Of a DNA stretch of 64,000 nucleotides, positions 11,825-23,884 are shown in pieces. Each line of letters begins with the position of its first letter. Within the stretch, counting starts at the first letter, position 1. A program made the position numbers and the translations under genes. The DNA comes from Moniliella sp. 'wahieum' (lineage: Eukaryota). Below the pieces are notes generated by a model that worked only from the letters and a program-made list of their open reading frames with translations, searched no databases and had not been told where the DNA came from. The stretch is taken from positions 248,001 through 312,000 of the forward strand of contig RSEE01000065.1 in the NCBI GenBank assembly GCA_003971905.1, given 5' to 3'.

Positions 11825-14422
11825 TCATCGAGTCCAAGTAGAGAATGGAGATCTCATTCCATTTTGAACAGCCCTCTCTCTGCCAATATCGAACTGGGCG
11901 CCGTACTGGGCTTGAAACTTGGCTAGAGATCCTCCACACTGTTGCCAGTAGAGTGTGAGCATTTTCCTTGGTTTCTTTAGCGAAAAGTACAAATCGTCTT
12001 GGGTATTAATGCTCCACCACATCCAGCGATAGGGGTCATTCAGCGCCTGACTCATACAGGACGGATACTTGTACAACGCCTCAAAAAAAGGATATGTCTT
12101 TTTGGCAGACTCCTCGTAACCCTTATTCTTCCCGTTCTTCTCCATCCTGGTCGTTACCTTGCATAAGACTTCTCTTCGGTTAAGCACAAAGTGCTCGTTG
12201 ATGAAAGTGGAGGGATTATGGAGAGCGACACCCCTAGGAAGGGAAGAGGGACTCCAGGGTTGGTGTGAACGTATAGCAGAACGGGGCCCCTCTGTCAAAA
12301 CTGGCCCCTCTTGGGGAGAATGTTCCACCGTAGTAATAGGTGTAGCGGCAGGGGTAGGAATGGCCGCTGGGGCCAGAGTGGCTGCTGGGGCCAGAGTGGC
12401 TGCTGGGGCCAGAGTGGCTGCTGGGGCCAGAGTGGCTGCTGGGGCCAGAGTGGCTGCTGGGGCTGGCGTGAGGCGTGACATCGGGGACCAGAGAGCCTTT
12501 AATCAACCGCACATTCTCCGACCGACAACGCCCCAGCTGGTCAGACATGTTGGAGATGCTGCTAAGTAGACGCTCCTTAAGGTAAGTGATCTCCTCCTTT
12601 AAACCTTCACGTTCGATCTCCAGGTCCTGCACCTGAGCTCTCAGACGCTCGATCTCAGCATCCTGGTTTTGCTGCTCGGCCTCTTGAAGCTTGGCCCCGC
12701 GCGGGATATACCCCCTGGTTGTATCGACTTGCATACAGTCACACATGTATTCCTCGACACCGCGTTGGTCCAACACGTAGCGGATGAGAGCCAGGTCGTT
12801 GTCCCGGCACCACCCGCCCACCAACGAACCTCCATGAGTGACTTGGTCCGTTCCCCATACTCATGGGCAAAGTTGAAGGCATCCTGGGCGCCACCTCGAC
12901 GGAAACCATGACTCATAAAGCACCCAGTGATGTGTTGAAGCGGGAGATCGCCTGGGCGCATGCCGGTGGAGTGGTGCGTGAGAAAGGCGCCATTCTTGGA
13001 TAACTGGGGAAAGAGAAATTCGTCTTCCCCCAAACGAATCCAAAGGCACGGCAGTGCGCCTTCCATAGGGACACGCCCTTGAGAGTACTCGCCTTGGGCC
13101 GCCCAGGCATGTCATACAGACGATATACCTGACGAGTTTCGGAACTATTCTGGTTTGTCTTGCGGAAGGTGATGCTACGTGCACGATACGTCAACTAAAG
13201 CGCCAAAAGAAAGGGAAATGCAAGGCTCACGTCACCACGGCAGCATCACCATAGCTGCTCCCGACCTGCTCCTGAATGCCCCTCCAACATAGCGTTAAAA
13301 CTTCCCCTGAACGAAGCCACATACGATAGACGAGGACGGGCGGCGGTCAGCAGCTTTGTTACTATAGGGTTAAAGTGGGTGGCGGCCCCGACCTCCACAG
13401 CATCGTTGACGATCGCCGTTAGCTTCTTCTCAAGCGATTCAACGACTTCTCTTGAAGGAGTAGCGGATAGCGTTGGAGGAGTGTGGGACACGGGGACCAT
13501 ACCGACGGCGTTTGTAGCATCCATGATCGCGAGGACTTGGTCATTGTGTGCGGGGTTCCCGGCATGAGTTTGCCAATTGTAGGGTGACCTGAGCTGGAAT
13601 CGGGAAACAAACCTTCAAACCACCACGTCAAGGCAGCGTGTCGACCAGATAAGGTGCCAAATGAAGAGTGATCGAAAACAAAGGCATTGTAGAACCAAAG
13701 TACCACTGCGGTCGTCGTTTTGTCGCTCTTTTCCCGCAAACAGTCGCGGAACGGCCGCATGATAGATCACCGGAGGAACTTGACAAACATGCTCACAGCC
13801 GACCGGTACTTGCGCTCCGTCGAAGGTGCGATCTGATCGCGGGCAATGTGCTCCCGAATTATCGCTCCGACATCCCTCCCGGTCCGACAGGATTGAAGCA
13901 CAAGCGCGCTCAAGCCGCCGGGTGGGTTCCAAGGGGGCCATATGCACACCCGTCTCCTGGGCGCTTGGGCCAAACTGTGTTGAACCGGTTCTCCAGTGGG
14001 GCCGAGAATGACGGCATCATAATCGACAGTCCGCTCTTTTCCAACCTCATCGGCGAGGGCCCGAATATATTCGGCATCAACCGGCAGCTCGACGCCACAG
14101 ATATTGAGAACCATGTGTAGTCCTCCAGTCGGTCGTGGGGATTGTCAAGAACCTCAACGTTGTTGACACGGTCAGGGCTTGCATAGTCGTCGAGGTCAGG
14201 ATCACCGACGTCTTCCTCCTCAGCAAGGTTATCATCCTGTGCCGTGGGGCGGGGCGTGTCGACATCTTCGGCGGTTCGAGGAGGGGCCGCCTGCGCTCCA
14301 GCCAAGGCAACCGTATCGTCGCTACTACGGGCTGTGGGCCGAACGGGTGAATCTAGAGCACTTGTCGACAATCCATCGTGTGTGTCGAGACGTGCGCGCT
14401 TGTGGGCTCGGGGCGGCGGCAT
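11825..14422 (-). CDS. Tyrosine recombinase (DNA breaking-rejoining enzyme), Crypton-like, in frameshifted fragments
   Basis: Ordered motifs: RHAALTWWF..GNPAH; SYVASFRG (candidate Arg I); ITFRKTNQ (Lys); SHGFRRGGAQ (HxxR); SLMEVRWWAGW; LIRYVLD (Tyr nucleophile); then a coiled coil, PAATLA repeats and a C-terminal domain ending YWQQCGGSLAKFQAQY. Confidence 0.82.
12366..12462. repeat. 18-bp tandem repeat, about 5.4 copies (GCTGGGGCCAGAGTGGCT; encodes PAATLA on the minus strand)
   Basis: Perfect repeat units directly visible. Confidence 0.95.
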
Positions 14423-15073
14423 GTTGTGGTGGCTTTGAGCGACAAGCCATTGATTGCCACGTCCGCACGACAGCTGGAGCGGAACCCTGCTCTACTCAGC
14501 TCCGCGGGGGGTTGGCCAGCGACCTTGCGTTTCCCAGCCTTATTTGAACCGTTCACAAAAATCGGAGACGTTGGCTTGAAAGTTCTAAAACTGCCCCGGC
14601 ACCACGACAGTGTAGCCTGGGACACTCCCCCCGTACAGAACTCCAGAAATACTGCTCGCCTCGGCGGCCTGGGCCCTGCATGACGTTTCGCAATTGCGAT
14701 CAATCTAGAAAACGGCAAAGGCATCGCCGATCAACGGCAGCACCGACGTCTACAGGCAAGTCCAGGGTCATGGCCAAGTTTCAGCAGTGAAAAAACGGGG
14801 CGTAAACAGAGAACAAACATCAAAAAATCAGACTCGGGAGGGACGTTGATGGGCCCGACGAAATAGAGGGGACGGGGGAAGGGGTTATCGAGATAAGGGG
14901 GAGGCGAGGTGGTATAGCGATCACGGGTTTGGTATAGGGCACAAACGAGCGAATGGCGCAAGGGAGGAATTTGCACGCGTTTGCTGTTAGACGACCCCGA
15001 GAGAAAGTCATTCGCCAGCCAGCCCAGCCCTAATCGGACAGGGACAGACGTGGCATCTATCAGGCCAGTGCGA

Positions 15074-16436
15074 TTAGTTGGCCTCCACGGCCGGCGCATC
15101 GGCCTTGGGTGCCTCGGCTGCAGGCTCGACAGGCTTGGCCTCCTCGACAGGCTTGGCCTCCTCGACAGGCTTGGCCTCCTCGACAGGCTTGGCCTCCTCG
15201 ACAGGCTTGGCCCCCTCGGCAGGCTTGCTCTCCTCGACCTTCTCCTCGACCTTCTTGGGCGCCTCTGCCTTAGCCTTTGGCTTCACAGATTCAGCTTTGG
15301 GTTCCTCTGGCACGACGGAGGGTTTGTGCGTCTTCTTGTCACCGTGAAACTTGTCAAAGAGCTTGCCCAGTTTCAGGCCCTTCAGGCTCAGACGACGGCC
15401 GTGCTTCGGCTTTTCCGCTGGCTTGGGCTCTTCCTTGGGCTTGGACACTTCCTTAGGCTTTTGCGCAGTCTTGGGGACCTCCTTAGCCTTGGGGGTAGGC
15501 TCCTCAGTCTTGGCCTCCACTTTGGGGGCCTCGTCGACTTTGGCTTCTTCAGCCTTCGGTTCCTCGGCCTTGGGCTCCTCGGCCTTGGGCTCCTCAGCGG
15601 CACGGCCTCTACCTTGGGAGGCTCTTCCACAGTAGGCTCCTCAGTAGGTTTGGCGCTTCAGCCACAGGCTCCTCAGCGGGCGTCGCCTTCGAGCGGCAAC
15701 CTCCTCAGGCTTGCATCTTCCTTAGGTGCCGTCTCTTTGGCGGCAGTTTCTTGGGCTCCACCTTCTTGGGCTCCTCCTTCTTGGGCGCTCCTTCTTGGGC
15801 GCCTCCTTCTTGGGGGGCTCCTTCTCTTTCTTGCCAATGGTGAACACACGCTGAATGAAAGAAGTACGCTTCTCCTTCTTAGTCTGCATGATGTGTGGTG
15901 TCAGTATCGGTAGTCCGGGACAAGTTGGGGGATATGTACCTGGGCAGGGGCAGGAGCAAGCTTCTCTTCCTTCTTGGGAGCCTCCTCCTTCTTAGGCTCC
16001 TCAGGGGAAGCCTCCTTGGCCTCCTCCTTGGCCTCCTCCTTGGGGGCAGGTGTCTCCGCGGCGGAGGCTTCAACAGGGGCCTCCTCGGGCTTGGTAACCT
16101 GCTCAGCAGGAGACTCCTCAGCTTTAGCCTCCTCCTTCACGGCAGGCTCCTCAACTTTGGGCTCCTCAGCTTTGGGCTCCTCCTTGACGGGAGCCTCTTC
16201 TGTCTTGGGCTCCTCAGTGGGGGGCGCAAACGTAGGCTCAACAGCATTGGGGTCGATAGGCTCGACGGCAGTGGTCACCTCAGGGGCAGGAGCAGCAGCC
16301 TCTACCTGCTGCGGGCAAGGGGGAATGGGTTAGCGATAAGGCGCAGAGCGGGGAGCTGCGGGAGGCGCGGATGCTCACAGCAGCGACAGGCTTGGCCTTA
16401 GGGGCCTCGACGGCGGGGAGCAGTGGTGTCAGTCAT
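15074..16436 (-). CDS. Low-complexity Glu/Lys/Pro/Ala-rich, probably disordered protein with introns
   Basis: MTDTTAP.. start, introns at about 16310-16378 and 15885-15939, EEPK/EEAKPV repeats, two basic-hydrophobic motifs (KRTSFIQRVFTIGKK, KHGRRLSLKGLKLGKLFDKF), stop at 15074. Confidence 0.75.
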
Positions 16437-18019
16437 GGTGGTGGGAAGCGGGTGGTGCTGGAGGAGAGGAGGGACGGAGCAGCGCGGGAGACAGGAGGGT
16501 CAATACGCTGCTCCGGGCCGACGGGGGCTGAGTCCGTTATATATACCAGCCGCAGCCCCGAGCGCACGGCTGCACCCGAGCGAGGGCATCAGACTGCCCC
16601 TGTGCCACCTACTCTCCGCGGAGTGTAGCCGACAGCGGCATCCCGAGGGTGTTGGGGGCGTGCTGCCACAGGGCCAGAGCGCGCGCGCGCGGACGGGCAG
16701 ACTGCCCCCAGGCGGGCACTCCACATCGGGAGCAGGGGCAGTGCTTCTAGGAGGCGCATGGGGCCAGTGCTGGCCAGGCGCGCGCGGTGCACGCTAGGGT
16801 GTGGGCGCAGCGCGCACGGGATCACACTAAGAGCCGTTTAGCTGTTGACAATTAGCGCACCCCACACTGTGCTATTGCTGCAGCAGGACAGCAGGCTCTC
16901 CCTGCCATAGGCTGCTGCAGCGCGCCGCGGGTGGCCGCAGGCAAGCAAGGAGGACGGCAAGGGGTTGCCGCTTCAACTTTCAAATTGTTCCGCCAGGGTC
17001 TACCACAGTTGAAAACGGCGCAGGGCAGGCCCCGTGCACGAAACGCTCAAGTTGCGTGCGCTATGGAGCTGGGCCATGCACCATGTGCGCTGTAGGGGCC
17101 AGGCACTGTGGGGCACTGTGCTGGGCAGACGCATGGGCGCGTGGGCACCCAGAGATATTGACACTGGCATAGTGCTAGTACCTTCTCTGTGGGGAAGGCG
17201 ATCATGCTCATGATATGGTGGCTGCCCCCGCCATATGCGTTCTACGAGCGATTGTCGATGCATGGTTACAGCTCCTTGCGTGAGCGCGTGAGCCGCGTCA
17301 GCGCGTGAGTAGCGATTAAAAATGATGCCTATGGTGTTGGCTTCTCCTTACTAGTTACTCGACAACGTAAACCCGTCTATATTATACTCACAAAAAGGTA
17401 CTGTTTGCCCAGTAGGAGTTATTGCCCAAACCCCAATCAAAAAGCCGAGCATCAACTGTCTCCACTAAATACGTCTCTTGGCTCACAGCCAATCAACTTT
17501 TTTGAATGCTTTGAGTTGATCATCATTGATCAGGAGTATCTCTTCATCTCGTTTCGATCCGTGGGCGAAGGTCCGAAATATCTCCACGGGCGGGTGTGAA
17601 AAATTGAAACATGGGTCATGGCGGGATTGGAGAATGGGTAGATCGGCTGATAAGCGGAGTGGGGCTGGGGAGGCCGGTGGCAGAAACCCGACGCTTGTGG
17701 CGACAGGCATTTGGGGCTGCAACCCACGCCTCACCGTCTGGCCTCTTACTCCATAACCGCCCCTTCGCTTCGGCCATGCCCCTGCGCATGGGACGCATGA
17801 CAGTCATCCGTCACCTGGCTCGTTCGCCGGCAAAAGAGCTTATGTGCGCATGCGCATCATGTCAAAGCGCCGCCCATCGCCCCATCTCACGTCTCGAGAG
17901 GTTCCGGCTGATGGGTCCGGGATGCGCACCACCCTATGCCCTGGCTACTGATGACTGACGACTGCCACCAAATCTATACTCATCCTCATCGCGCAATGCA
18001 TGTCCATTTGGTTCTCGCA

Positions 18020-20510
18020 TCAATCACTGTCACTGTCCGAAGAGTCGTCACTGTTGCCCCCTCCTCCGACAGCGGCCACGGCAGGTGTCTTCTTCTTGGC
18101 GCGCTTGCCCCACAGGTGCATGGAACCGTTCGTTGCAATCCTCTGGGCCACGTCTTTGCTCAGCGCGTTGGCGCTCAGTTCGGGGGACTTCCAGCTGATC
18201 CTCAAGTCCATGTGCAGCTTGTGGTGTGGTGGACTTCGCATAGCGTATTCGTTCAATACCAGCCGCTTCCCATTCTTGGCTTTAAAATGAGACTCCGCCG
18301 GGATGAAGTACTCCATCGCCTCATTCTCCCCCGAGACTGGGTCCTTCTCGTAGTTGTGCACCAGTATTTCTCGCCGTCTTGCTCTATCATGCACTTCTTG
18401 GTGCAGGCGTGCTGGAGAGGCGCCTCGCTGCCAACATCCTGTGGTCAATGTCCCAGTGTCAGTACTTGATGAGCAATTGTCACGCAGCCGGATTCAGCAC
18501 TCATCGGTGCTCACCGTCAATAGGGCAAACTCTTCAGGAGCATCACCATCATCGAGTTCGCGGACAATGCGGCAGCCTTAGCGATGCGTGCTACCCGTGA
18601 TGATGTACGGCCTGTACCCGACCCAGGCAGCCTTCTCATCCAACGGGTCGCGCCCAATCCGGAGGATCTTGCCAATAACAAAGCCGGCGGACGCGCTGTA
18701 CTCGGCCGACTTCTGGCCGATCGTCACGTTCATCCCCACACGGATCATCTCCCCTGTAGCGATAACAGCCGCCTTGCCGACCAGGTACTGCGCCCGCACC
18801 TTGACACGGTCCGCCAACTGGAAACGACCCAGCTCCTCGTCGGTGAGGTTGTTGCAACCCACCGAGGATTGGTTCTTGGCTGGGGCCAGCACCACTCGTG
18901 GAATCGCCATGCCATCAGAGTCGTAGTCGGGCTCTTCCTTCCCTTGCTCCAGCACCCCGGGAGGAACCCCAGGCCGAGCCACCACCGAGCCGTCACTAGA
19001 CACATCGTACCCCGGTGAAGAGTGGTGCAGAATCTTCTCGGCGACCATGACGTTGTACAAGGTGTCACGCGGGAGGTTCTGGAAGTTGCAATGGGCAACG
19101 GACGCACGGATGTGCTTCACGCGACCCTCGAATCTGGCAGCGTCCGTGTTCTGGAGAGGGCCGAATAATTCGAGCGCATCAGACGTATGCGCCAGGAGGA
19201 GATGGAGCTTCGGTCGCGTCGCGATCATGGCGCTGTCGGGGCCGAGTCTCGAAAGGCGTTCGATCAGTCGGTATGCAGTCTGGGTCGCCCGGTACTATTC
19301 CAGCCATAACAGGCATGTCAGCGTCTAAACCCGTATATCAATCAAGGCTGTGGGACGTACCATGAACTGCTCCCTGGCCTGCCCGGCAGCCGGGTACCAT
19401 GTCCTGGAAAGCAAACCATGCAGGTCGGCTGCCGCGACGATAGCGTCATAAAGAGGAATCGGAAACGTGAACTCCTTCTCATCGTTGGCCTCTTTTTCGG
19501 TCTCGAGGATGGGGAGTGTCGCGAATGGGAGAGCCACAAGCATAGTGCCCACATCCTTCCCAACCCCAGTCTTTAGGTTAGCCAACAAACCCTAGCTCGG
19601 ATATTGGTGCCCTCTGCGCCAGGGATACCCTCCGTGTTGAGATCGCTGATGAATATCAGCCTCTTGGTTGCGGATTTGCTCGACACGCTCATTCGAGGCG
19701 CCGAGCTGGTTGTCATGCGCCCGCGGGCGGGCAAAGGACACGCCCGTGAGCTCTTGAAGGTGGTCCAAAGGAAACACTGGGCTACGTCTGGCATAACTCG
19801 TCCTCGGCCATGGTAGTGTCTACAGGCGAGGAGGCACGGGAAGCAGGGGAAGGCGAGCATGTGTCAGGTGGCTGGGGCATGCTCGCATCTTCGGCCACCT
19901 CGTCAATGGCGTGACTGGCCCCCATCCTCGCACCCAGCACCACGTTGTGGCTGTACCTGCGCACCTTCGTGTGCTTGAGTGCATGAAACCGGACATCGGT
20001 CGAACTGGGCAAGCAGGGAACTGGTACAGCAACCTCTCGTCCTGCTTCACCGTGGACCAGGCCGCGGGAAAAGGTACAGCAGATGCGTCTGTCCTACTGT
20101 GCACGCGTGCGGCTCGTTCCATCGGTCGGCATTTTGGTGAGCCGACGTATAAACAGGGCGGTGGCGACTTTTGGTAAAAGGATGGGCAAGATGGGTTGTA
20201 CATATGATATGCATGGTGGGTGCTTTTTTTGTCACAGGTCCAGCAGACGATCGCGGCCCCCTCTAACCTAAAACTTGCCCCCTCTCCCAGAGACGCACGC
20301 TCTCCCGCTTCTTTGATGCTCTTCCAAGGCGTATTACATTCGTGATCCCCTATCTGAAGATGAGAGTGGCGCAGTCCAGATGGCCACCCTGATGGGTGAT
20401 GCGGTAGCACTATAGTGTTGGCAGTGTGATGGTCGAATACGCCAGCCAACGACACGCCTAATACAAGGGAGCATGAAAGAGCAACAGAGGCTATATACCT
20501 TAGGTCGCCA
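18020..20510 (-). mobile_element. Degenerate fungal CMC/EnSpm(CACTA)-related DNA transposase gene
   Basis: Fragments in family order: IVCWTCD..; KTGVGKDVGTMLVALPF (cf. GSLxGRDFRxIAQVAPF); RPKLHLLLAHTSDALELFGPLQNTDAARFEGRVKHIRASVAHCNFQNLPRD (cf. KPKFHxLxH..RRFGP..TExFE..IR..S.HSN..PSRD); LHQEVHDRARRREILVH..LVLN. TIRs not found. Confidence 0.7.
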
Positions 20511-21393
20511 TGTGGTTGAGCACAGCAACCCGCTGAGCCACAACTGGCTCTCCGCCATTCCGTCCGTCCCGTACCTCGAGCTCTCCGACCAGCAGGTCCA
20601 GGTCGGTCTCCAGCTCCGCACGCTGTGCCGCACCACGCGCAGCATGTGCAAGTGCGGGGTCATTTCCTCGCTGGAGCACATCATGTCTTGCACCCGCTCC
20701 CAGGCCAAGTTTGGTGCGTTGCATGACGCAGTGCGGGAGCCCATTCTCCAGCTCCTAGGCTCCATCCCCGACACCCATGTCTGCAACGAATCTATGGTGG
20801 AGGACGAGGATGGGAGAAGACAGAGGACGCAGCGCACCGACTACCGCGTGATGGGGCCCGGAGCACTCGGAGGATCAGGAATGGAGGTAGACCACACGCT
20901 GCGCGACACGGGATTACTGGCGGAGCAGAGCGCGTTCCGGAGGGTGGTGCATGAGAGCACCGCAACCCCCTTGGAACGTCGGGAGAAGGAGCTGCTTCGG
21001 ATGCTTGAACAAGCAGAATGCGACAAGAACGCCAAGTACCAGGGACGCACTCAAGAGCCGTTTTTCCCCCTGGTTTTGACGACGCGAGGATACTACGGCA
21101 CCAAGACGGCGGGCAAGTTGTTCGCGCATTGGAAGGAGTTGGCTACTAAGTCTCAGTGGAAATGGTTCCTCGCTCGGATGTCAACCACGTTCATCCGTGT
21201 CCACACGCGCGCTTCCTAGGGTACGGGACCGGATGGCGATCACCGGAGGGTCCTGATATCCTGGCGATCCCCCTGGTCCCTTGACCCTGGTGGCGCCCCC
21301 AAGTAACCCCCGCAAGATGAACGGTTAGGTTTAGACGTAGCGTTCCCCCTGTCCCAGCCTTAACTTCAGATTATATACACAGAACGCAAAAAA
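20510..21393 (+). mobile_element. 5'-truncated non-LTR retrotransposon, CRE clade (Cnl1/MoTeR-like); zinc knuckle + restriction-like endonuclease only
   Basis: ORF 20473-21219: NWLSAIP..LSD, CKC..H..C knuckle, LHDAV, RTDYRV, EVDHT, KNAKY, FFPLVLTTRG (RLE signature). Followed by about 170 bp of putative 3' UTR and a short A tract near 21388-21393. RT absent. Confidence 0.8.
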
Positions 21394-21760
21394 GGGCGCC
21401 CACCATCCCCCGCCAGGCGGCCAAGCGTGGTACAGGGAACCACCAACTGAAAGCCACAGGGCTCTGCCGGCGGGTGGCAGTAGCTCGGGTGGTCATTTAG
21501 GGTCGATGGAGCCTGGTTGGTGCACAATCTACAGAGGAAGCACCGAGTGGTCTGCGTGGAGATACGCCTTACATTTGAATTTTCAAAAGACTGTGGACGG
21601 TGGCGGCGATAGAGTATTACGTACATGTCTTGAATGCAATTTCAAAGATCTCGTTATGCGGTCCGGTTGGAGTTTATCTGCAGGCTACATGTACAACAGG
21701 CGTCCGACGTGAGTTTCTGGCCCACCACATCGCTCGGCTACGTTGTTGACCGCCGCCGGC

Positions 21761-22629
21761 ATGCGCTCGCTCGCCGCCTCCACAGGCCATGCAGGGTTGG
21801 ACGCTGCGCTGGTGGGTCTGGGATATGGTCCAATGCTGCCTACAGAAACCCTGCCGCCTCTCCTTGTCATTCTTCCATCCAATGTGCCGCCGGCGGACAT
21901 CGTGCGCTGCCTCCGCCATGCCATGTCCGTCTGGTCCATCGATGCGCACCAGTGGGATTCTCGGGGAACCGAGCTTCAACCGGTTCTTGACATCTGGCAG
22001 TCGCATCTTGCCCATGAAGCCAGGGCTGGTATTGCCTCTCGCTGGGCCCAAGGTGACGCGACACGTATCCTTGTGGTCAGTGCCCCGTCGAGCACTTGGA
22101 CGCATTTACTTTGGCCGACGAGCAGGGTCCATCGAGCTTGGCCTGGCTGCTCTCTTCTGCTCCGCTCCAGCTTGCCAAGTCTGGTGAGCAGGTCCTCATT
22201 GTGCTTCTTGATGGGGCAACTTACCTCCCCTGCGTCGCCAGCGGATCTGTATCCCGTACCTGCCCCCCTTCCTTGTTCAGCCCCGCCTCCCCTTTACAGT
22301 CAATGGGTGCAGTGACTGTCGTAGGCGCCTTCCAGGACGGTTCCTACTCGTTTAAATCTCCTGCACGCTCCATGCTCATGCCTACTCCACCCATTGAAGT
22401 GCGAGCGCTTCCTTCCGGGGGAGGACAAAAGCGGAAACGCATTGCTTCTGAGATCGAGGAGACGGCGGACGACTCGGTTCTCGCATGGGGCAGGAAGAAG
22501 TTTGCCCCCTGCTCCCAGGAGATCCCTGCATTCTCACCTTCTCACTCCCCGTGGCTCGGGCACCCGCCTTCATCACCCTCGTTCCCGCCCGCATCGTTCT
22601 CATATCTCCCGCCTCCGCCTCAGTCGTAA
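21761..22629 (+). CDS. Hypothetical protein (two overlapping frames, probably one frameshifted gene)
   Basis: ORFs 21743-22315 and 22096-22629 join into a globular-looking sequence with a basic NLS-like QKRKR. No family recognised. Confidence 0.4.
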
Positions 22630-23325
22630 CCATAGAAGGTTCCCATTCCTTCCTTCTCATTTTGCCTGCCAGATCAGCAGGCTGTATGCTCGTCGCCATT
22701 CTCGTTTTGTCCCTATGCATTCTTGGCCTTAATCTCATGCGCGTAAGGACCAACCGGCATCCATGCATGTCACTCTTCCGTGATAGATGCTTGTAAGCAG
22801 CCAATAAGGCCAGCACTTTGTCCTTCCCGCTTTCATTACACTGGGGGCTTGTCCTTCTTTGCTATCGTGGCTTTGTTTTCGCTTCTTGCGTTGTTCTTCC
22901 TTGGCCGTTTGTTTGCGCTTCTTTTTAGACGTTGTGGCGCAAGTGTTAAAGCATGCCTATGGGTTGGATAAACCGGATGTAGAGCCAGTGAGTACGGATG
23001 AGCAAAGAGGGGGACATTAAGTGGTGAGCTATCTCCAAGGAGGGTCTTCGGAAGGTTCCTTCCAGGTTCAAGTGAAGTATCAATCCCACGTGTAGATGTG
23101 ATGATTCGGTATGCAATGCGCGGGATAGGGATCATCTCTCTAGGCTCTGGCAAGTAGTAATGCCAAAGTTAGGAGGGGAGAAATCCACCAGTGCTTCCCC
23201 CTGCCCCTAGAGCGGACCCAAGCGGCTAGGTTGCGGTAGTATGGGAGGGGGAGGGGGGGGAATGCGAACAAACATGATACAATGGAGGAAAACAGAGAGT
23301 AAGCGGAGGGAAAGGGGCGGCGCGC

Positions 23326-23884
23326 TTACTCTTGGGGAACCTCGATTTCGCCCTCGTTGATCGCGTCAATAATGTCATGCGGAGGGCGGCGGTCGACGCG
23401 GCAGCCGACCGACTGGGCCGTACCGAGGATCTCCTTCACTACGCCGGACAGGTCCTTGGCAAGGAGCGCGGCGCATGGTGCGTGCAATCTCAACAATCTC
23501 ATCAAAGGGAATGTTGCCACCGTGCTTGATGTTCTTCTCCTTTTTTGCGGTCGCGGGGGGGCTCCTTCAACGCGCGGATGACCAGCGACGAAGCCGAGGG
23601 AACCACCGACACAGCCGCCTGGCGATTTTGCACGACCAACTTGACCGTCACCCGCAGACCCTTCCACTCGCCGGTTGCCTTGGCAATGTCCTCACCAATC
23701 TTCTTGGGTGACTGTGGGGGAGGGAGAGGCCGGGTCATACTCGTGGGATTCGGCGGGCACGACACCACGTACCAGACCAAGGGGGCCGATCTTGGGGGCG
23801 AGCGCAGAAAGAAGCGCCAACCTCACCGCCGGTGGCACGGAGGATGACGGTAACAGGGATGGAGGGGTCAGCCTTGGGCGCCAT
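23326..23884 (-). CDS. RPL12: 60S ribosomal protein L12 (uL11)
   Basis: [88 protein letters not shown]. One intron at about 23713-23772, several indels. Confidence 0.97.

Larger units (their letters stand above)
11520..14790 (-). mobile_element. Putative Crypton-type DNA transposon (boundaries approximate)
   Basis: A lone tyrosine recombinase gene with an intron, no RT and no TIR seen, between UBR7 and an E/K/P/A-rich gene. Termini not defined. Confidence 0.55.

Noticed and set aside
11486..14808. GCGTAAACA at about 11486 and 14800 as Crypton terminal direct repeats
   Set aside because: A 9-mer picked after the fact, with no second copy of the element to confirm it. Kept only as a candidate.
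14981..16401. Long Leu/Gly-rich plus-strand ORFs
   Set aside because: Antisense shadows of the E/K/P/A-rich gene.
23090..23160. Possible C/D snoRNA downstream of RPL12 (GTGATGA)
   Set aside because: No matching D box (CTGA) or terminal stem at a suitable distance.
23326..23884. RPL12 and other broken genes as pseudogenes
   Set aside because: The protein sequence is well conserved across the breaks and the indels affect all genes alike, so sequencing error is more parsimonious.
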